DNA from: Lama glama
Lineage: Eukaryota
Length of the DNA stretch: 64,000 nucleotides
Direction of reading: 5' to 3'
Assembly: GCA_028534125.1 (NCBI GenBank)
Contig: CM052816.1
Coordinates: 83,640,001 to 83,704,000, forward strand
Position numbers and translations under genes: made by a program. Positions 1-13,767 of this stretch are shown in pieces; position 1 is the first letter of the stretch, and each line of letters opens with the position of its first letter. The notes under the pieces are model-generated. The model searched no databases and was not told the origin of the DNA. It was given only the letters and a program-made list of their open reading frames with translations.

Positions 1-165
1 CACATAAGAAATCATTCGCACTTAAGCCTTGCCTTGCCTTAGTCTTCAGGGAAACTGGATCTAAAATATGAGAGCAAGGAGGCTTTGTGTCTCATCTTAG
101 ACAATCCTTTCATGAAGCTGTGCTATGGACCATAGAAGAGAGTTACCTACTTGTGAGGGTGGCAA

Positions 166-259
166 ATGGCTTCTCAGAGGAAGTGACAGATGGACCAGTA
201 TCTGAAGCAGGATGGTTTCTCAGAGGAAGTGACAGATGGACCTGTATCTGAAGCAGGAT
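166..259. repeat. 46-bp tandem duplication (2 copies)
   Basis: ATGG(C/T)TTCTCAGAGGAAGTGACAGATGGACC(A/T)GTATCTGAAGCAGG starts at 166 and again at 212; 2 mismatches. Confidence 0.95.
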
Positions 260-458
260 ACTCAATGGTATTTAAGCTGTATGCCTAAGTAATTATTATG
301 ATATCCTTAAAGCCAGAAGAAATGTGGCCATGGTTATAATTTGACACTACTTCATTAACAATAACAATAGGTTTTGCATTTTTCTCATCTAAATGAAGGA
401 GAATCTTAGAGAGCATATTATATAGTATATACAGTAGATACCATACATGTATAGCATG

Positions 459-460
<2 letters not shown>

Positions 461-510
<50 letters not shown>
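461..510. repeat. (GT)25 microsatellite
   Basis: Perfect GT run read directly. Confidence 0.98.
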
Positions 511-514
<4 letters not shown>

Positions 515-1089
515 ATCACCTATTACACAGACCATGAAATCAGAGAAACCTGACTCAAATACCTGGATTCTTCAGATTGTTAAATTCTCCGAACTTTAAT
601 TTTTAGGTTTTGTGATCGTAGGACAACAATATTTAAATAAAATTATTTTGCAAGGGCCAAATTAAATGAGAAGATAAGTCAGAATATAGCAAGAGTGGAT
701 ACTGTGAACACCATTTTGTCTTCTTTCTCGAACCTGGATGGTAGTTATCTTCCTACACGATGACCATGAGAATTACCTCTCATCACCCACTTTTGGGCTG
801 AGGAGCTTGTTTACTCCTACTTTTCATGGTTCGCTTAATTTATTCATTCATTCTGAAAATATTTTTATTTAACTGCTATGCATGTGATACAGCAGTAAAC
901 CAAACAACTAAAAAGTCTGTCCTTTCAGACTTCCTTATGTTCAAGAAGGTGGGTCCTTTCCTGCCCCTTTAACTCTTCAGAATCACTAGATTTTTTTTTC
1001 TCCCTAGGCCAGTATGTACTAAATTTCCACCCATAAACTAAACAAAAAATACTCCATGTCTCTGTTGTCTTAACAATCCAATATAGTTT

Positions 1090-1560
1090 GTTTTAAAGCC
1101 AAGCTTCTACAGTCTGAAAATATTGTTGCCATTTTTCTGACCTCCCATTAACTCCTCAACCTACCATAACAGAGCTTCTACCCTCTACATTTCTAATAAA
1201 ATTGTTTTCCCCAGTTCACAGATTACCTTTTAGCTTCAAAACATGATGAATCCTTTTCAGTTCTTGTCTCACTTGACCTCGCTGCACTACTTAATTTGTG
1301 GTCTATTAATTTATTCTTGAAATGGCCTTCTTAGTTTCTGTGACACTATTCTCTACTAGTTTTCTGTCAGTTCCCCTGGGCATTCAAAAAAATAGTAAAT
1401 TTCAGTTTCTTTGACTTCGTTTATTTTGTTAAAAAGAGTGTTCCTGCCCCAGGCCCTCTTACTTTTTCAGTATACTAGTCCTGCTTCTCGAGTTCAGTCC
1501 TGTCCCCGCATACAGGATGCCTTCACCATGCCCATACTACTCCAAGCGTATCTCCAGCAC
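1090..1560 (+). mobile_element. Degraded LINE-2 fragment
   Basis: Pyrimidine-rich sequence with L2 ORF2-like words (TTTTCAGTTCTTGTCTCACTTGACCTC, TTCTGTGACACTATTCTCT); recalled similarity, boundaries approximate. Confidence 0.5.
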
Positions 1561-1995
1561 TTCAGATCTGCAGGTTTTGACATTTTTCTCTACACGTTTA
1601 GAACCTCTGCACTGTAAGGTCTTGTGGGCAAGAGAAGGATTTCCATCAAATTCTAACATAGTTTTGAACATATCCAAGCACTTAAGATATGTGAGTTTAA
1701 ATGTAATCTTAAGTAATTAATGTGTGATATTACCCACTCCCATTGGCATACACCTCCTATCACTTCTGATGACTCCCATATGTGTATTTCAGTCTCTTTT
1801 TTAAAGAAGTCTCATGTCATTACTCACAATGGGACCAGATTTATTAGGGTAAAATGAGCTCAAATCTTGAAAGTTTTCTCACCTGAAGTTTTTCTCCGTC
1901 TTATTTTCCACAAGATACAACCTACACACCTTAGCAGGGAATACACATTTCTTCACTTGCTGACCTTTTCCGATAAACTGCATGCAATGTTTCTT

Positions 1996-2414
1996 TGTTA
2001 TCATGCTGGTCATTTTGATGCATCAGCTTGTCTAGGTTACAATTCCCAGTTGCTCAGACATTAATTTGGTGTTTCTGTGAAGGTATTTTGTAGATATGCT
2101 TGAACTCCATAATCAGTTAATCATAATCGGTTTAAATAAGGAATATTATCCTTGAAAATATGGGTAAACCAGATTCAATCAGTTAAAAGGTCTTAAAAGC
2201 AGAACTGAAGTTTCCCTAAAACAGAAAACCATGCCTATGGGTAGCAGTTTCTGCCTATGTCCCTGAGTTCAGGTAAGCCTTCCCTGATGTCCTACCTTAT
2301 GGATTTTAGATTGCCTATATAGCTCCCACAACTGTGTAAGCCCATTTTTTTTGAAGTAAGTATCAGTATACATCTCTTGCTCATTTTGCTTCTCTGGAGA
2401 ACTTCTAATGATAC
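1996..2414 (+). mobile_element. MLT2D-like ERVL 5' LTR
   Basis: Matches the recalled MLT2D consensus (TGTGAAGGTATTTTGTAGAT, GATTCAATCAGTTAAAAGGTCTTAAAAGCAGAACTGAAG, CCCACAACTGTGTAAGCC). It ends ...GATACA and is followed directly by the ERVL internal start GATTTTGGTACTGAGA. Confidence 0.85.
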
Positions 2415-5385
2415 AGATTTTGGTACTGAGATCAGTTCTGGGGAAACAGAATCTTAAGGATAAGTTCTCTGAATCGGTTTTGTGTGACACAGAATTGGTT
2501 CTCCAATTAGATTTAAAAGCATTCAATTATTCCATTTTGGGGTGGGGGGAAAATAGTAATAGTAGCTCATGGCATAATGTGGAAATAGAGATACACAAAA
2601 TATCACCATTGGATACTTCTAACCAAATACTTATATGGGACAAAATTCTGGGTGACCATATTTTTGATACCTTGGAACATTTTTGTCAAACTAATGAGTG
2701 TAATGAAATTGGCTGGCTGCTCCTAATTGAGTTGAACAAAGCAGAGAAAGAAAAAGATAAGCTCAGGTATTCAAATTCCGTCTCAACTCCACATACATCT
2801 TCTATATCTTCCTTATAAGGCACCCTTATATCCTGTAGCCACAAGGCTGAGATTTCTGATAACTAAATCTACAGCCTAATTCTTTAAGACACTAAATTAA
2901 GGTACAAATTATATTCTCAACTTGACAAGTATTTTCTGTTAAAGCAAGAGCATTGATTGAGAAGGTACAGGATCCCAAAAGTTGTCTTTGGGACATATGG
3001 GCAGATCACACTGAAGCTGGGGACACTGGATCCCTGCATTCTGACAAGTCTTCTTTGCCCATTGAAATAGCCTTTTCACCTCTGCCAGGGGATGCCAGCC
3101 CTTATTTTCCTGATGAATTCATTATGGCCTCCCTTGAAGTAGTTGCCTTGCAAAGCCCTGCTGATTTTCTTCAGGGTCTATTCCTGCCACACTCCTTTGC
3201 TTTTTAGACCTATAATTATGCTCAAGTACAGACAATTCCCAACAAGTGAGGCACAAAATAACCCACATGGGGGTGTGATGCACACCAAGAGGTCTGCATA
3301 GTTTTCCCAAATTATATAGACAGAAATCTGGAGGAATATATGTAGGAATAGATCTTAAAGTGTGAGGATCATAGTGGAAGAAATACAAAGCTGTATCAGA
3401 CTGAATTTACTGATAAGGATCCACTACCAGAGATTCTGTATTCAGTGTTTCAGACTGATGAGTCAGAAAGGCCCAACAATTTGGTGTGTTGGCTGTAACA
3501 AGGATACAAAGATGGCCAACACCAAATGAAGTTGAAAAATCTAAACCACTTTGATTTTCCACAGGAGAAAATACCTAAAGTCTCAGGGAAATGGAATGTC
3601 AGAGTGGATTCATCATAAAAGACCACTTTCTACTCCCTGGGAAGGTCCATAGGACACACTTTTCACCAAGACTATGAGTTATAACTTTATAAGAGGAGAT
3701 CCCAAGATTGTAAGATATTTTGTGACCATTCTTCTCGGTAGTTAAGAAATTACAGTGGTAATTACCATCCCTGAGGTTAGATCCCTAAATACAATGGGAA
3801 TGATGGGATCTTGGGGTTTTAGCACCAAATGGTGGCTCTTCATCACCAAAGGATAAGTAGTTGGGGTTCCCATAAAGGACAAAGCAGTAATCAGAACAGT
3901 CTAACTTACACAAACATATAGCAACGATAGTTGATGATTCTAGGGTTAGGGTCAGGGTTAGGGTTAGGGAAAATAAAAGATGGACCTTACACTAGATTCT
4001 TTTTCAATCTGCATAGCAAGAAAAGTTCTAGAGCTAGTGAACAGAAGACTAATTTGAGTGTATGATTGGAATACATATGCTCAGCAACTGACAGACTCTC
4101 CACATTGGTTTCCTGACCTGTAGAAAGGACTATTATGTTAAGAAATGCCAAATAGAAGCCCCTGAAATTGACTCTACCCACAAAAATAGTGAATCAAAAG
4201 CAGTAGTGGATGGATTACAGGCAGCACTAAAGACCTGAAAGATGCAGAGTTGATGATTCCTCCCATATCACCACTTAGCTTTCCTATTTGGCCTGTGCAG
4301 AAAATAAGTGATAATGGGTTATTTTAAACTTACTCAGATGACACTCAACTGAAGCTGCTGTTCCAGACGTGAGTTTGTTGCTTGAGCAAATTAACATCTC
4401 CCCAGATACTAGCATGGAGCAATTTATCTGATTTTTTTTTCTATACCCATGAGAAAAACCCACAAGAACCAGGAATCTTCATGTCACAAGGCCAGCAGTA
4501 CATATTCACTCTCTTCTGCTAGAGTTAAATCACCTCTCCAGCCCTGCCTAACAATTTAGTCTATAGGAATCTTGATCACCTTTTCCCTTTCACAAGACAT
4601 CACACTTGTACATTTCATCGATGTTATTATGTTGAGTGGACTTAGTGAGCAGAAACTAGTAACTATTTGTAGATACATTCATAAGGTCTTTGTATATGCA
4701 GAAGGTGAGAAATAAATCCTACAACATTTCAGGGAATTCTATCTCTGTAGGACTTTGTTGGGTCTGGTCGTGTGGATTACATTGAGACATATCCCTTTTC
4801 TGGCAAAGGATTAATTGTTTTACTCCTAGTAGTCTTCTTTAGATTTTGGAGGCAACATGTTTCTCATTTAGATATTCTATTCTGCTCTGTTTACTGAGTG
4901 ACCCAAAACACTGCTAGGTTTGAGGGGGACCCAGAAAAAGAATAATCTGCAACAAGCTGTTTCAATCTTAGTTCCAGTGTTTGAAAGCTGAGGGGCTCTT
5001 CAGGAACAGCATATTGTCTGATAAACCAAGCCATAAATATGAGTATACACAGCAACACTCTATCATCAAATAGCAGTGATATATATGAGATAAGGCTCCA
5101 GCTGGCCCTGAAGGCACAAGTAACCTGCATTTGGAAGTGAAAAAAATACAAATGTCCTCTGTTTCTGGTGAATTATTGTCTCTCTCCTTGCCTGTACCTA
5201 TGGCTTTATTACGAATTCCTGTGACCAGTAGACTGAGGAACAGACAACTTGAGCCAGGTTTACAGATAGTTTGTATGACATGCAGGCACACTCTGGAAGG
5301 GGATAACTGCATCATTATAAACTTTTTATGGAGTATCCTTGAAGGACACTGGTGAAGAGAAATTCTCTGAGTGAGCAAAACCACC
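2415..5385 (+). mobile_element. ERVL internal region (decayed gag and pol RT/RNase H), 3'-truncated
   Basis: PBS-like GATTTTGGTACTGAG; gag-like remnant in ORF 2408-2818; RT motif HYIDDIML decayed to HFIDVIML at 4611-4634; many stops and frameshifts; apparent deletion near 4090 (gag end/protease); no 3' LTR seen. Confidence 0.85.
3941..3969 (+). repeat. Short interstitial telomeric sequence (TTAGGG)~5
   Basis: TAGGG TTAGGG TCAGGG TTAGGG TTAGGG read directly. Confidence 0.9.
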
Positions 5386-5404
5386 TGTGTGACTCTGAAG
5401 AAAT

Positions 5405-5520
5405 CTATAACACCACCTCATGCAAGTTTCCTCATCTGTGAAATGCATAAAAAGAATACCACTGCAGGAATATTTTTGAAAGATTATTTGACAAAATACA
5501 TATAAATCACCTAAGACAAG
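5405..5520 (+). mobile_element. MIR SINE fragment
   Basis: CORE-like AGTTTCCTCATCTGTGAAATG. Confidence 0.55.
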
Positions 5521-6329
5521 AGTTGCATTATACGCAAGCCATGTGTTTTGGTATTGCTATCTATTATTATTCCATAGTATCCCTCGTGTCTTCGCAAATA
5601 ACATATGATAACTTTGTCAAAAATCTGTTTAAGAGCTACTTAGATATTGACAAAAGGAACTTGAGAATTGGTAGACAGAACTGACCCCTCAAATTTCACA
5701 CTAAGAACTGCTAAACTGAAAGTACCTAAAAATTAGCCAGACACATGATTCATAAAATTGGATAATATAATTGAATGAGGAATCCAGTGTTAATATACAG
5801 AGTCTAATTTTGAAAGACTGGATATTTATAAAAATACATTATTCACCAATTTTTTTTGTTGTTTTGGATACAAAACATATTACCTATAGCAGCATAAAGT
5901 GTCATACAAAAGAAGAGAAAAACAAATATAAAAAAGAAGTTTCTAAAGGTTTGAATTAAATCAACAAAGGATAACTTAAAACTGACATCCTTTCAAAATA
6001 CCATTATGAAACAAGAATTCACAACAGGAGTTAGAAATGTCAACTACAAAGAATGAATTTCTTTGCTCTTGTCAATGTAACAAAAGACCTAAAATATTGT
6101 TTTGAGTACATTCAATCTTTTCATATTTAAAAATATCTCAATGGTTGAAAAATTACTATTATCCTAATTTAAAAGCATATTACACATAAACCTTTTATGC
6201 TCTCATAGTATGGATAACCCACAGGCATTTTGCTTATCTCTGTAGATTTCTGACAGGCATTGTTAATAGCTGAAATAATCTGCTGGGGTGTGAGCCACTT
6301 CTTAATAAGTTTTCACTGAAAGAGGGATA

Positions 6330-6649
6330 GGTGGAAAGAACATGTTCTCTTCTCCTATGGATTTAGATTTTGCTGTATGAAGACTGAATTACTAGAATGG
6401 CTTTGACTTTTTTATAAACATGAGAGGCCAAACCTGGGAAAAAGAGCCAGCACACTGCGGAGGCAGAGGGGAACAAATTGATATAATCTGTTCCTTAATG
6501 GTATTGTTGAGTTAGTTCCTTAATTAATAATAAAGTTGCCATAACTTTCAAATTTTCTATCAATTGAAATAGTAAACTTGCCTTATTTTAAGATATGTAT
6601 AGTTATTTTTGTTTTCCCATTACTTGACCAAAAGCATCCTAAATAATAC
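6330..6649 (+). mobile_element. Old MaLR LTR (MLT1J/K-like) 3' part
   Basis: Typical terminus TTACTTGACCAAAAGCATCCTAAATAATACA. Confidence 0.6.
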
Positions 6650-9468
6650 ATGCTTCAGGAGACATCCAAATCTGAATACTCTAACTCACCTCCAAACTGT
6701 TATCATCATTGTTATCTAGAACTCATGGTCATCAGTAACCTATACCATGAAAAGGCAGAATTGCACCAATACCTGAGGTCTCATAAAACATTGCTGGACA
6801 TCACCAGCAATCTTAAGGGAGTCAGGGAAGTGGTAAGGGCAGTAATTTGGGGGAGGGGGGTCCATAATTCCAGTTTCCAAGGAGCTTGGTGGGATTGGGT
6901 GGCTGGATTCTCCAGAATTTTAATTCCAGAAATATACCAATAGAGACCAGTGAGGTTAAAACTCTTGGATCTTGCTTATTTTAAAATTATAATGCCCTAG
7001 GCAAGAAGTACAATTATGAACTGGGCAAGGCTAACTTTGTTTTGTAGGAAACAATGTCATGGTTAGCCTCATCAGACATGCATCTCTTGGTATTTTAGCC
7101 AAAGACAGCAGCATAACTTAATGATAGATACATGGACCTACTGTCAGCCAAATGGCTCAAATGTCAGCTATGAGACAGTCTGACTGGAGCCTATATGGCC
7201 CTCTTGCCTCAAGTATAGTATTTTGGGGGAATAGTTTATTTGACCTCAATTTTACTATCACCGTGAATCTCCTTAGCAGATATTTACATATATGATTTTC
7301 TTTTGCTAGATTATAGAAATTCAGTTATTTTTGTGTATTAACAGTGTTATGTGAAGTTGCTAAATTCACTTTATTTTTATTGAATTCAGGGAAAAGGTTT
7401 TGACTTACCTCCTGATACCTAAAACTGCTATCAGAAACTTTGAAAAAGTCTTATTTTCTTTACCTGAATGCTAGAAGTGGTAGTTCATTATATTTGACAT
7501 TCACTATAATTTTGCTATTCTGGACTCACAGTCAGTTTTTTTTTGAAGAGTCTTTGGCTTTTTTTCCCTGAAAAATAGTGATCCAACGTATAGATAAAAT
7601 AGTCCTTTATTTTTGCCTCAGTTCTTTCACTAACTCTACCAATCACCTTTCCCCATCATTCATATATTTTATTATATATATTTCTGGTTTCATTGTAAGG
7701 AATCCAAATAATAACAGAACCAGTTTGAAAATAAAACATAATTTAAAAAAAATACATCTATTTTACTTTATGGTAGAGCTTTCACTAAAAAAAAAAAAAA
7801 TTCATTTTGAACTAAAATTCCCCTAGTTAGGTGCTATGTTTTAAATTTAAATTTGTTCTCTGAGCCGATACGAAAGCTATGGGATATTTTTCAAGTAGCT
7901 AAACAAAAAAATCTATTTCTTCCATAATTAAACAGAGGTAAAGGGCTCAAGAAATTTATATGTGACTATGCTATTTTCATTACTATGACTAAAAGAGATT
8001 TTATTGTATGCATTCAATTATAATGGACTCTGAATCATGTCAAATAATTTTGTGACACAGTCCATCTTCACCGATATGCAATTTTAACCTATATTTTACA
8101 TAGATGATAACATTCCTAAACATATTTAAGATAACTGTAGGAAGTCATAAAACATATTTGGTGATATTTCACCAATTTTACCTATTGTTAATCATTTCAG
8201 ATTTAAATGAATTTAAATTTAACATGTTGAGTTTTTATTTATTTCTCCCAATTCAATCTTTTATTACACACAATAAAAACTCAGTAAAACATTTGGCATT
8301 TCAGACAATTTCACTGTTTTTCTCTTGTAGCATTTTACAACAGGACTGAGTTAAAAGTACTTCTGTCAGTTTCTAAATCTTGAATACAACAAAAGCTCTG
8401 TTTATTCTACAATACTTTCTGTATTTGCTTCAGTTTCCTTGAAAGTATAAAGGATTTTTTTTTCACTTTTCCCCTGAATATCTTCTTTCAAACTATACAA
8501 TTCTGCTTTCTTAGCATACTGCTTTTCCATGTTAACATGTTTATATTTTGTGGGTTGATTCATCTCTTTGGTTTATTCACATTTAAGTACAGATAATCCG
8601 ATTCAGGTTTGCAATTATGAAATAATAACATGAAACTTTTTTTCTAGCTCTTTTTCTTTTATCTACATTTTAAAATTTACTTTTGTCAATATTTTCTCCC
8701 TAAAATTCAAAATGTATATAATGTGCTAAATTTTATTAGTGTGTATTCTTTTCTCTTATTTGATTTTGTTTCATGTGGCAAGACCAGACAATATGTCCAA
8801 ATCCTCCTAACACAGCTGTAAATAAGTCTTTCAAAATTGTTCTTTCAATTCTACATCATGCTAAACATTAAAAGTAATATAATAGCTAAGTTTATGAATA
8901 ATCATTCAATTTCATTCAAATGATTCTATGTCTAAGATATAGTGTTCATTTGTATGATACAAGGTAGCTGCTATTCCCAATTTTCATGGAGTTAAATATT
9001 AGTTTTTGTTTGGGAGGTTGTGTTTCAGAAAACGTATTTAACAAATTTTCATTATTATCTTATCTTCCCTGAAAATGTCTTTTAATGTAAATATATAAAG
9101 GTCTAACTTCCTAAAGACTCATTGTGACCTTTTCGGCAATTTAAAGATTTGACTATATCCTTTATTGATCTGTGCATAGGCAAATAATAAAATATTTATA
9201 TGTGTATAGTATGTATCTAGTATAATTGCATCCTAAAAGTGGACACAATACCATTTTGGATTTAATATCCCCAAATTGCATACTTAACCAACATATTGTA
9301 TAGAAACAATCTTACTATATTTTTTTCTGAAGTCAGACCTTACTTAGAGTCAGCATACTAAACATTTATAGAGCATACTCTGAGAGATACTGTTTAGTGC
9401 AGAATACCTATATATAACAAATGATTTTAATTTAACTGCTTAGTTGATGTGAGGTCAACGTGTGATTA

Positions 9469-9716
9469 CAGCTGACCCTTGAACCAGGCAAGGGTTAGGG
9501 GTGCCTATCCTACTCCTGGTTGAAAATCCTCGTATAATTTATAACTGGTCCTCTACATACGAAGTTCCTGTGTATGTTGCTCCTCCATATCCCTGGTTCC
9601 ACATCTGGGGCTTCAACTAACTGCCAATTGTACAGTATTGCAATATTCTATTGAAAAATAATAGTGTATAAATGAACCTATGCAGTTTAAAACCCATGTT
9701 GCTCAAGGGTCAACTG
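9469..9716. mobile_element. MER8-like Tigger2-derived MITE (Tc1/mariner DNA transposon)
   Basis: Terminal inverted repeats CAGCTGACCCTTGAAC ... GCTCAAGGGTCAACTG; TA on the left flank and CA (mutated TA) on the right; 248 bp. Confidence 0.88.
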
Positions 9717-10169
9717 CAAAAATAGGATGTATAGTTACATGCATAAAATATTTCTTGGCAAGATTATTAAACAAGAATAAACCTATATTATTTGAGAATT
9801 CACCCATTTTGCCTGCACAAGTATTTGAAAAACTGAAATGCAAAGGTGCCAACGTAAATGTAATACATCTATAAATAACTTTATATAACATAAATATATA
9901 ATCACACAAATCAAAATAGCCTTTTGCACTTCTAAATTCTGGTTTGTATTTTCATTCAATGTTATATGTGAGACAGAGAGATGAATAGTAAACACAAATA
10001 ACATAAATTTAGCCACTGAATTATGTGTGTGCATGTATGTATTGGTGGTAGTATGCGATAATTGTTTGAAAATATCTAATTCCCTAGAATTATACGGTCT
10101 CCAGAATAAAAAGTTAGTAATGTCTACCAGGATGATAATTGCTAATTGTTTCTTTCAAAAGACTTCAAT

Positions 10170-10793
10170 TTTTTTTTATTGAGTTATAGTCAGTTTACAA
10201 TGTTGTGTCAACTTCCAGTGTAGAGCACAATTTTTCAGTTATGCATGAACATACATATATTCATTGTCGCATTTCTTTCACTGTGAGCTACCACAAGATC
10301 TTGTATATATTTCCCTGTGCTATACAGTATAATCTTGTTCATCTATTATACATTTTGAAATCCTAGTCTGTCCCTTCCTACCCCCCTCTCCTCTGGCAAC
10401 CACAAGTTTGTATTCTATGTCTATGAGTCTTGTTTCTGTTTTGTATTTATGTTCTTCTTTTTTAGATTTTACATATGAGCAATCTCATATGGTATTTTCT
10501 TTCTCTTTCTGGCTTACTTCACTTAGAATGACATTCTCCAGTGTCAAATGTTGCTGCAAATGGCATTATGTTGTTGCTTTTTATGGCTGAATAGTATTCC
10601 ATTATATAAATATAGCACATCTTCTTTATCCAGTCATCTGTTGATGGACATTTAGGCTGTTTCCATGTGCTGAATTGTACTGCTATGAACATTGGGGTGC
10701 AGGGGTCTTTTGAAGTAGGATTCCTTCCGGAGATATATATATATGCCCAGGAGAGGGATTACTGGGTCATATGGTAAGTCTATTCCTAGTCTT
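10170..10793 (-). mobile_element. 5'-truncated lineage-specific LINE-1 (ORF2 end + 3'UTR)
   Basis: Poly(T) at the left; near-identical to the 26 kb copy; TSD CAAAAGACT(T/C)CAAT at ~10156 and ~10794. Confidence 0.93.
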
Positions 10794-10993
10794 CAAAAGA
10801 CTCCAATTTTTGACTAAATTATGACATAGGAAAAAAATTATGAGCCCCCTAACCAATGAGATGGCAATAATACGGTTATTAATGAAGAAGACAGTGGAGA
10901 CTAAGAGTAGATGTTCTGATATAGATTGCTTCAATAACCTTCTCCTCTATATTGCAGTGAACTCTGTAAATAAACAATATCACTTTAAACAAT

Positions 10994-11017
10994 ACACACA
11001 CACACACACACACACAC
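10994..11017. repeat. (AC)12 microsatellite
   Basis: Read directly. Confidence 0.95.
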
Positions 11018-13545
11018 TTCTACCTAGAAACTAGCTTTCAAAATTAGTTGCTTACTGAGTCAAACTTATTCAAATCTGTTCATTTATTTAAATAATCTAT
11101 TTGACTTCATCTGTTAAGTTGATAGAGATTTCAGTATAACAAAAAATCCAAATTACTAAATTCATTTCTCTGTTCTGTTGAAAGTAATTTGAAGATTTTA
11201 ATTTCTTCAGTGACAGAGATACATATTCAGAATTCCACTTGAGTTCAATAAGTGCTAAACAGGAAATATTTATTATTCAATAGCTGTAAGAATTGTAATA
11301 TGTACAATAGTGACCATGTAAGTAGAATAGAAATAAATTGTGCAGACTAATTTATTCTTTTGATTTCCTAATTGTTAGAAATACATAGTGTAGCAAAGAA
11401 CTTATTCCTGCAATTTACGTTTGTTAGAAACAAATATTTGCACAAAACCTATTCAGAATTCATCCCTTCAGAATTCATCCCTTTCACTGGAGCAGAATGT
11501 TTCACTGAATAAGCCTATTATACTAAGCCAATATACTAAGTATCTACATAATTTTTTCAACAGGTATATTAACATAATACCTTCTGAATGCATTCTCTGT
11601 GTTAAATTAAGATGTATACATATATTCAAAACATTTTATTTTATTCAATAAATGAAGTTATTTATATTTCTCTAGCAAATGTTTTCCCCAAATTTAATGG
11701 GTCCATTTATTCATGACATTATTTTATCAATGTACTCATGATCTGCAACAAATATTTTCCTCTTCTAGTCTTATGAATTTTATTACACTGTACCCCTTCC
11801 TCCCAGTCTTCATGCCACAAAAATGGTAATGATTCTTGTGCCTCATCCTCTGTCAACAGCCATTATTCAGCTACCAAATAGTGCCACTTCTAACTCCAAA
11901 ATTATCTTGAGTACTTCTATTTTCCTTCAACTTCCATATGATTACACTAATTAGGGAAAACATTATTTCTTAACTGGGCAAAGATAAAATCCATTTTTCT
12001 CAATTCTTGTTATTGTTCAATCTATTGGATAGATTATATCTCTAAGCCAAAATCCAGTTTGACTTCCCAGTCAGATCTTGTCCTTCTTAGGGCTTTAAGC
12101 TTCTCTCTCACAGAATCCCACTATAACACAGTATGGCAAGCATCCCAGTATGTTGCCTCCCTAACTGGAAACTGGCAAATATTTTTCTACTCCTTTGCCT
12201 TCAAGAATGATGTTCTCTCTGCTTAGAAGATTACCTCCGTCTGCTCTCTGCTTGGCTAATTCTTAATGACCTTTCTAGACTTAGAACAAATGTTGAATGG
12301 CTACTCAGTATCTTATAGATCTCAGAATATTAAATTTATAGGACTTATCAAAGTTCATATGAGAAACTATTTGCATAAGTTTATATCATACATTGGTTCA
12401 TAAATTTTATAAGAAAGAGAACCCTTTTCAGTTATAATCCATCCTACTTTAATCCATAGAAACCAATAAGCATGTTTTAATGAACACATGTTTAGAAATT
12501 ACACCTTTCAAATTGTAAGTAAGGAAGATAAAAGATGTCTCCATGAGTCTAGAAGATCCTTTATCTGGATACATGTATTATTCTATCACTTCTTCCAAAA
12601 TAACACATTTGGTGCTTGTTTAACTTTGTTTTTTTACTTTTTTGGGTGTGCTCATCAGTTTAAAAATAAGGCAAATATATGTTCGAGTTTATGTGTAATT
12701 TTAAGTATAATTTTGTGCTCCATTTTTATGGTAGGCACTGTACTATTCATTTCATATACATCACATAATTTAATTATTTTTCTAACTGTTCTCATTCATT
12801 TTCTCACCTAGACACATATTCTCCCTCCAATCTAATTAATTTGAAAATATTCTTCTAAAAATATTGGAATCATTCATGACCTCTCAAATTCAACAATTAA
12901 TCTGTTAGCAAATCCTCAAATAGCTATGTCTCTCAAAACCAAAATCTATACAATGCCCTGAAAGACACCATATAATATGCTCTTTTGCCCCATTCTTACA
13001 ACTCTGATTTTGTCCCGTAGAGTTGGTGACACCCTTGCTTACTGCACCCAGGGACTGGTGTCACTTTTAGGAGCTTATTTTGTCCCATTTAAAACTGCAC
13101 TTTCTTTCTAAGTTCCTTTTCCCAATTTCATATTTTTTTCTCTTTAGCACTCATAACTATCTGTCATATATTTAGCTTTTCCATGTATTTATGTCTTTCC
13201 TTTCGAAAAAATGTAACCTAGATAAAAATAAACATTTTACTATTTATTCAATATGTATCCAAAACAATGCCTAACAAGTAGTAGACCCTCTGTATTTGAT
13301 GAATTGACAAAGTGATCTATCCAAAGCTGTAAACTCTTATCTTGTGAGATCACAGGTTTCAACATAATGAAAGCAGTTTGTACATAAAACAGGCTAAAAT
13401 AAATACATTGTAGCACAAATATTCAAGAATTTGAAAGACATGATAGTCTAGTTACATACTGATGTGGTGAAGAAAAATTAAAATCCAATTATCATAAAAT
13501 GTACTACAAAGAAAAATTAAGGATGAAGTCTTCCAATACATGGTA

Positions 13546-13661
13546 TTTTTTTGGTTTTTTAAGTGTATTTATTTATTATTTTTTAATGGAGGTACTGGAG
13601 ATTGAAGCCAAGACCTCGTGCATGCTAAGCACACACTCTACCACTGAGCTATACCCTCCCC
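13546..13661 (-). mobile_element. tRNA-Ala-derived SINE (camelid Vic-1 type)
   Basis: Reverse complement GGGGAGGGTATAGCTCAGTGGTAGAGTGTGTGCTTAGCATGCACGAGGTCTTGGCTTCAATCTCCAGTACCTCCA followed by an A-rich tail; Pol III A and B boxes recognisable. Confidence 0.9.
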
Positions 13662-13767
13662 TACACATGAATTTTTGAATAAGCACTTTAAAAATTATTT
13701 GAATCAGACTTTGATGATGGTAAATTGGAAAGAAGCATCTAGTTTCCCTCCTTCCCCAAAAAACACT

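Noticed and set aside
2408..2818. 136-aa ORF as a possible domesticated gag (Fv1-like)
   Set aside because: It starts in the LTR/PBS and drifts out of frame; the rest of gag is riddled with stops, so there is no sign of preserved coding capacity.
13587..13661. Functional tRNA-Ala gene
   Set aside because: T-arm/B-box substitutions, a 5' extension, an A-rich tail and a second diverged copy indicate a SINE.
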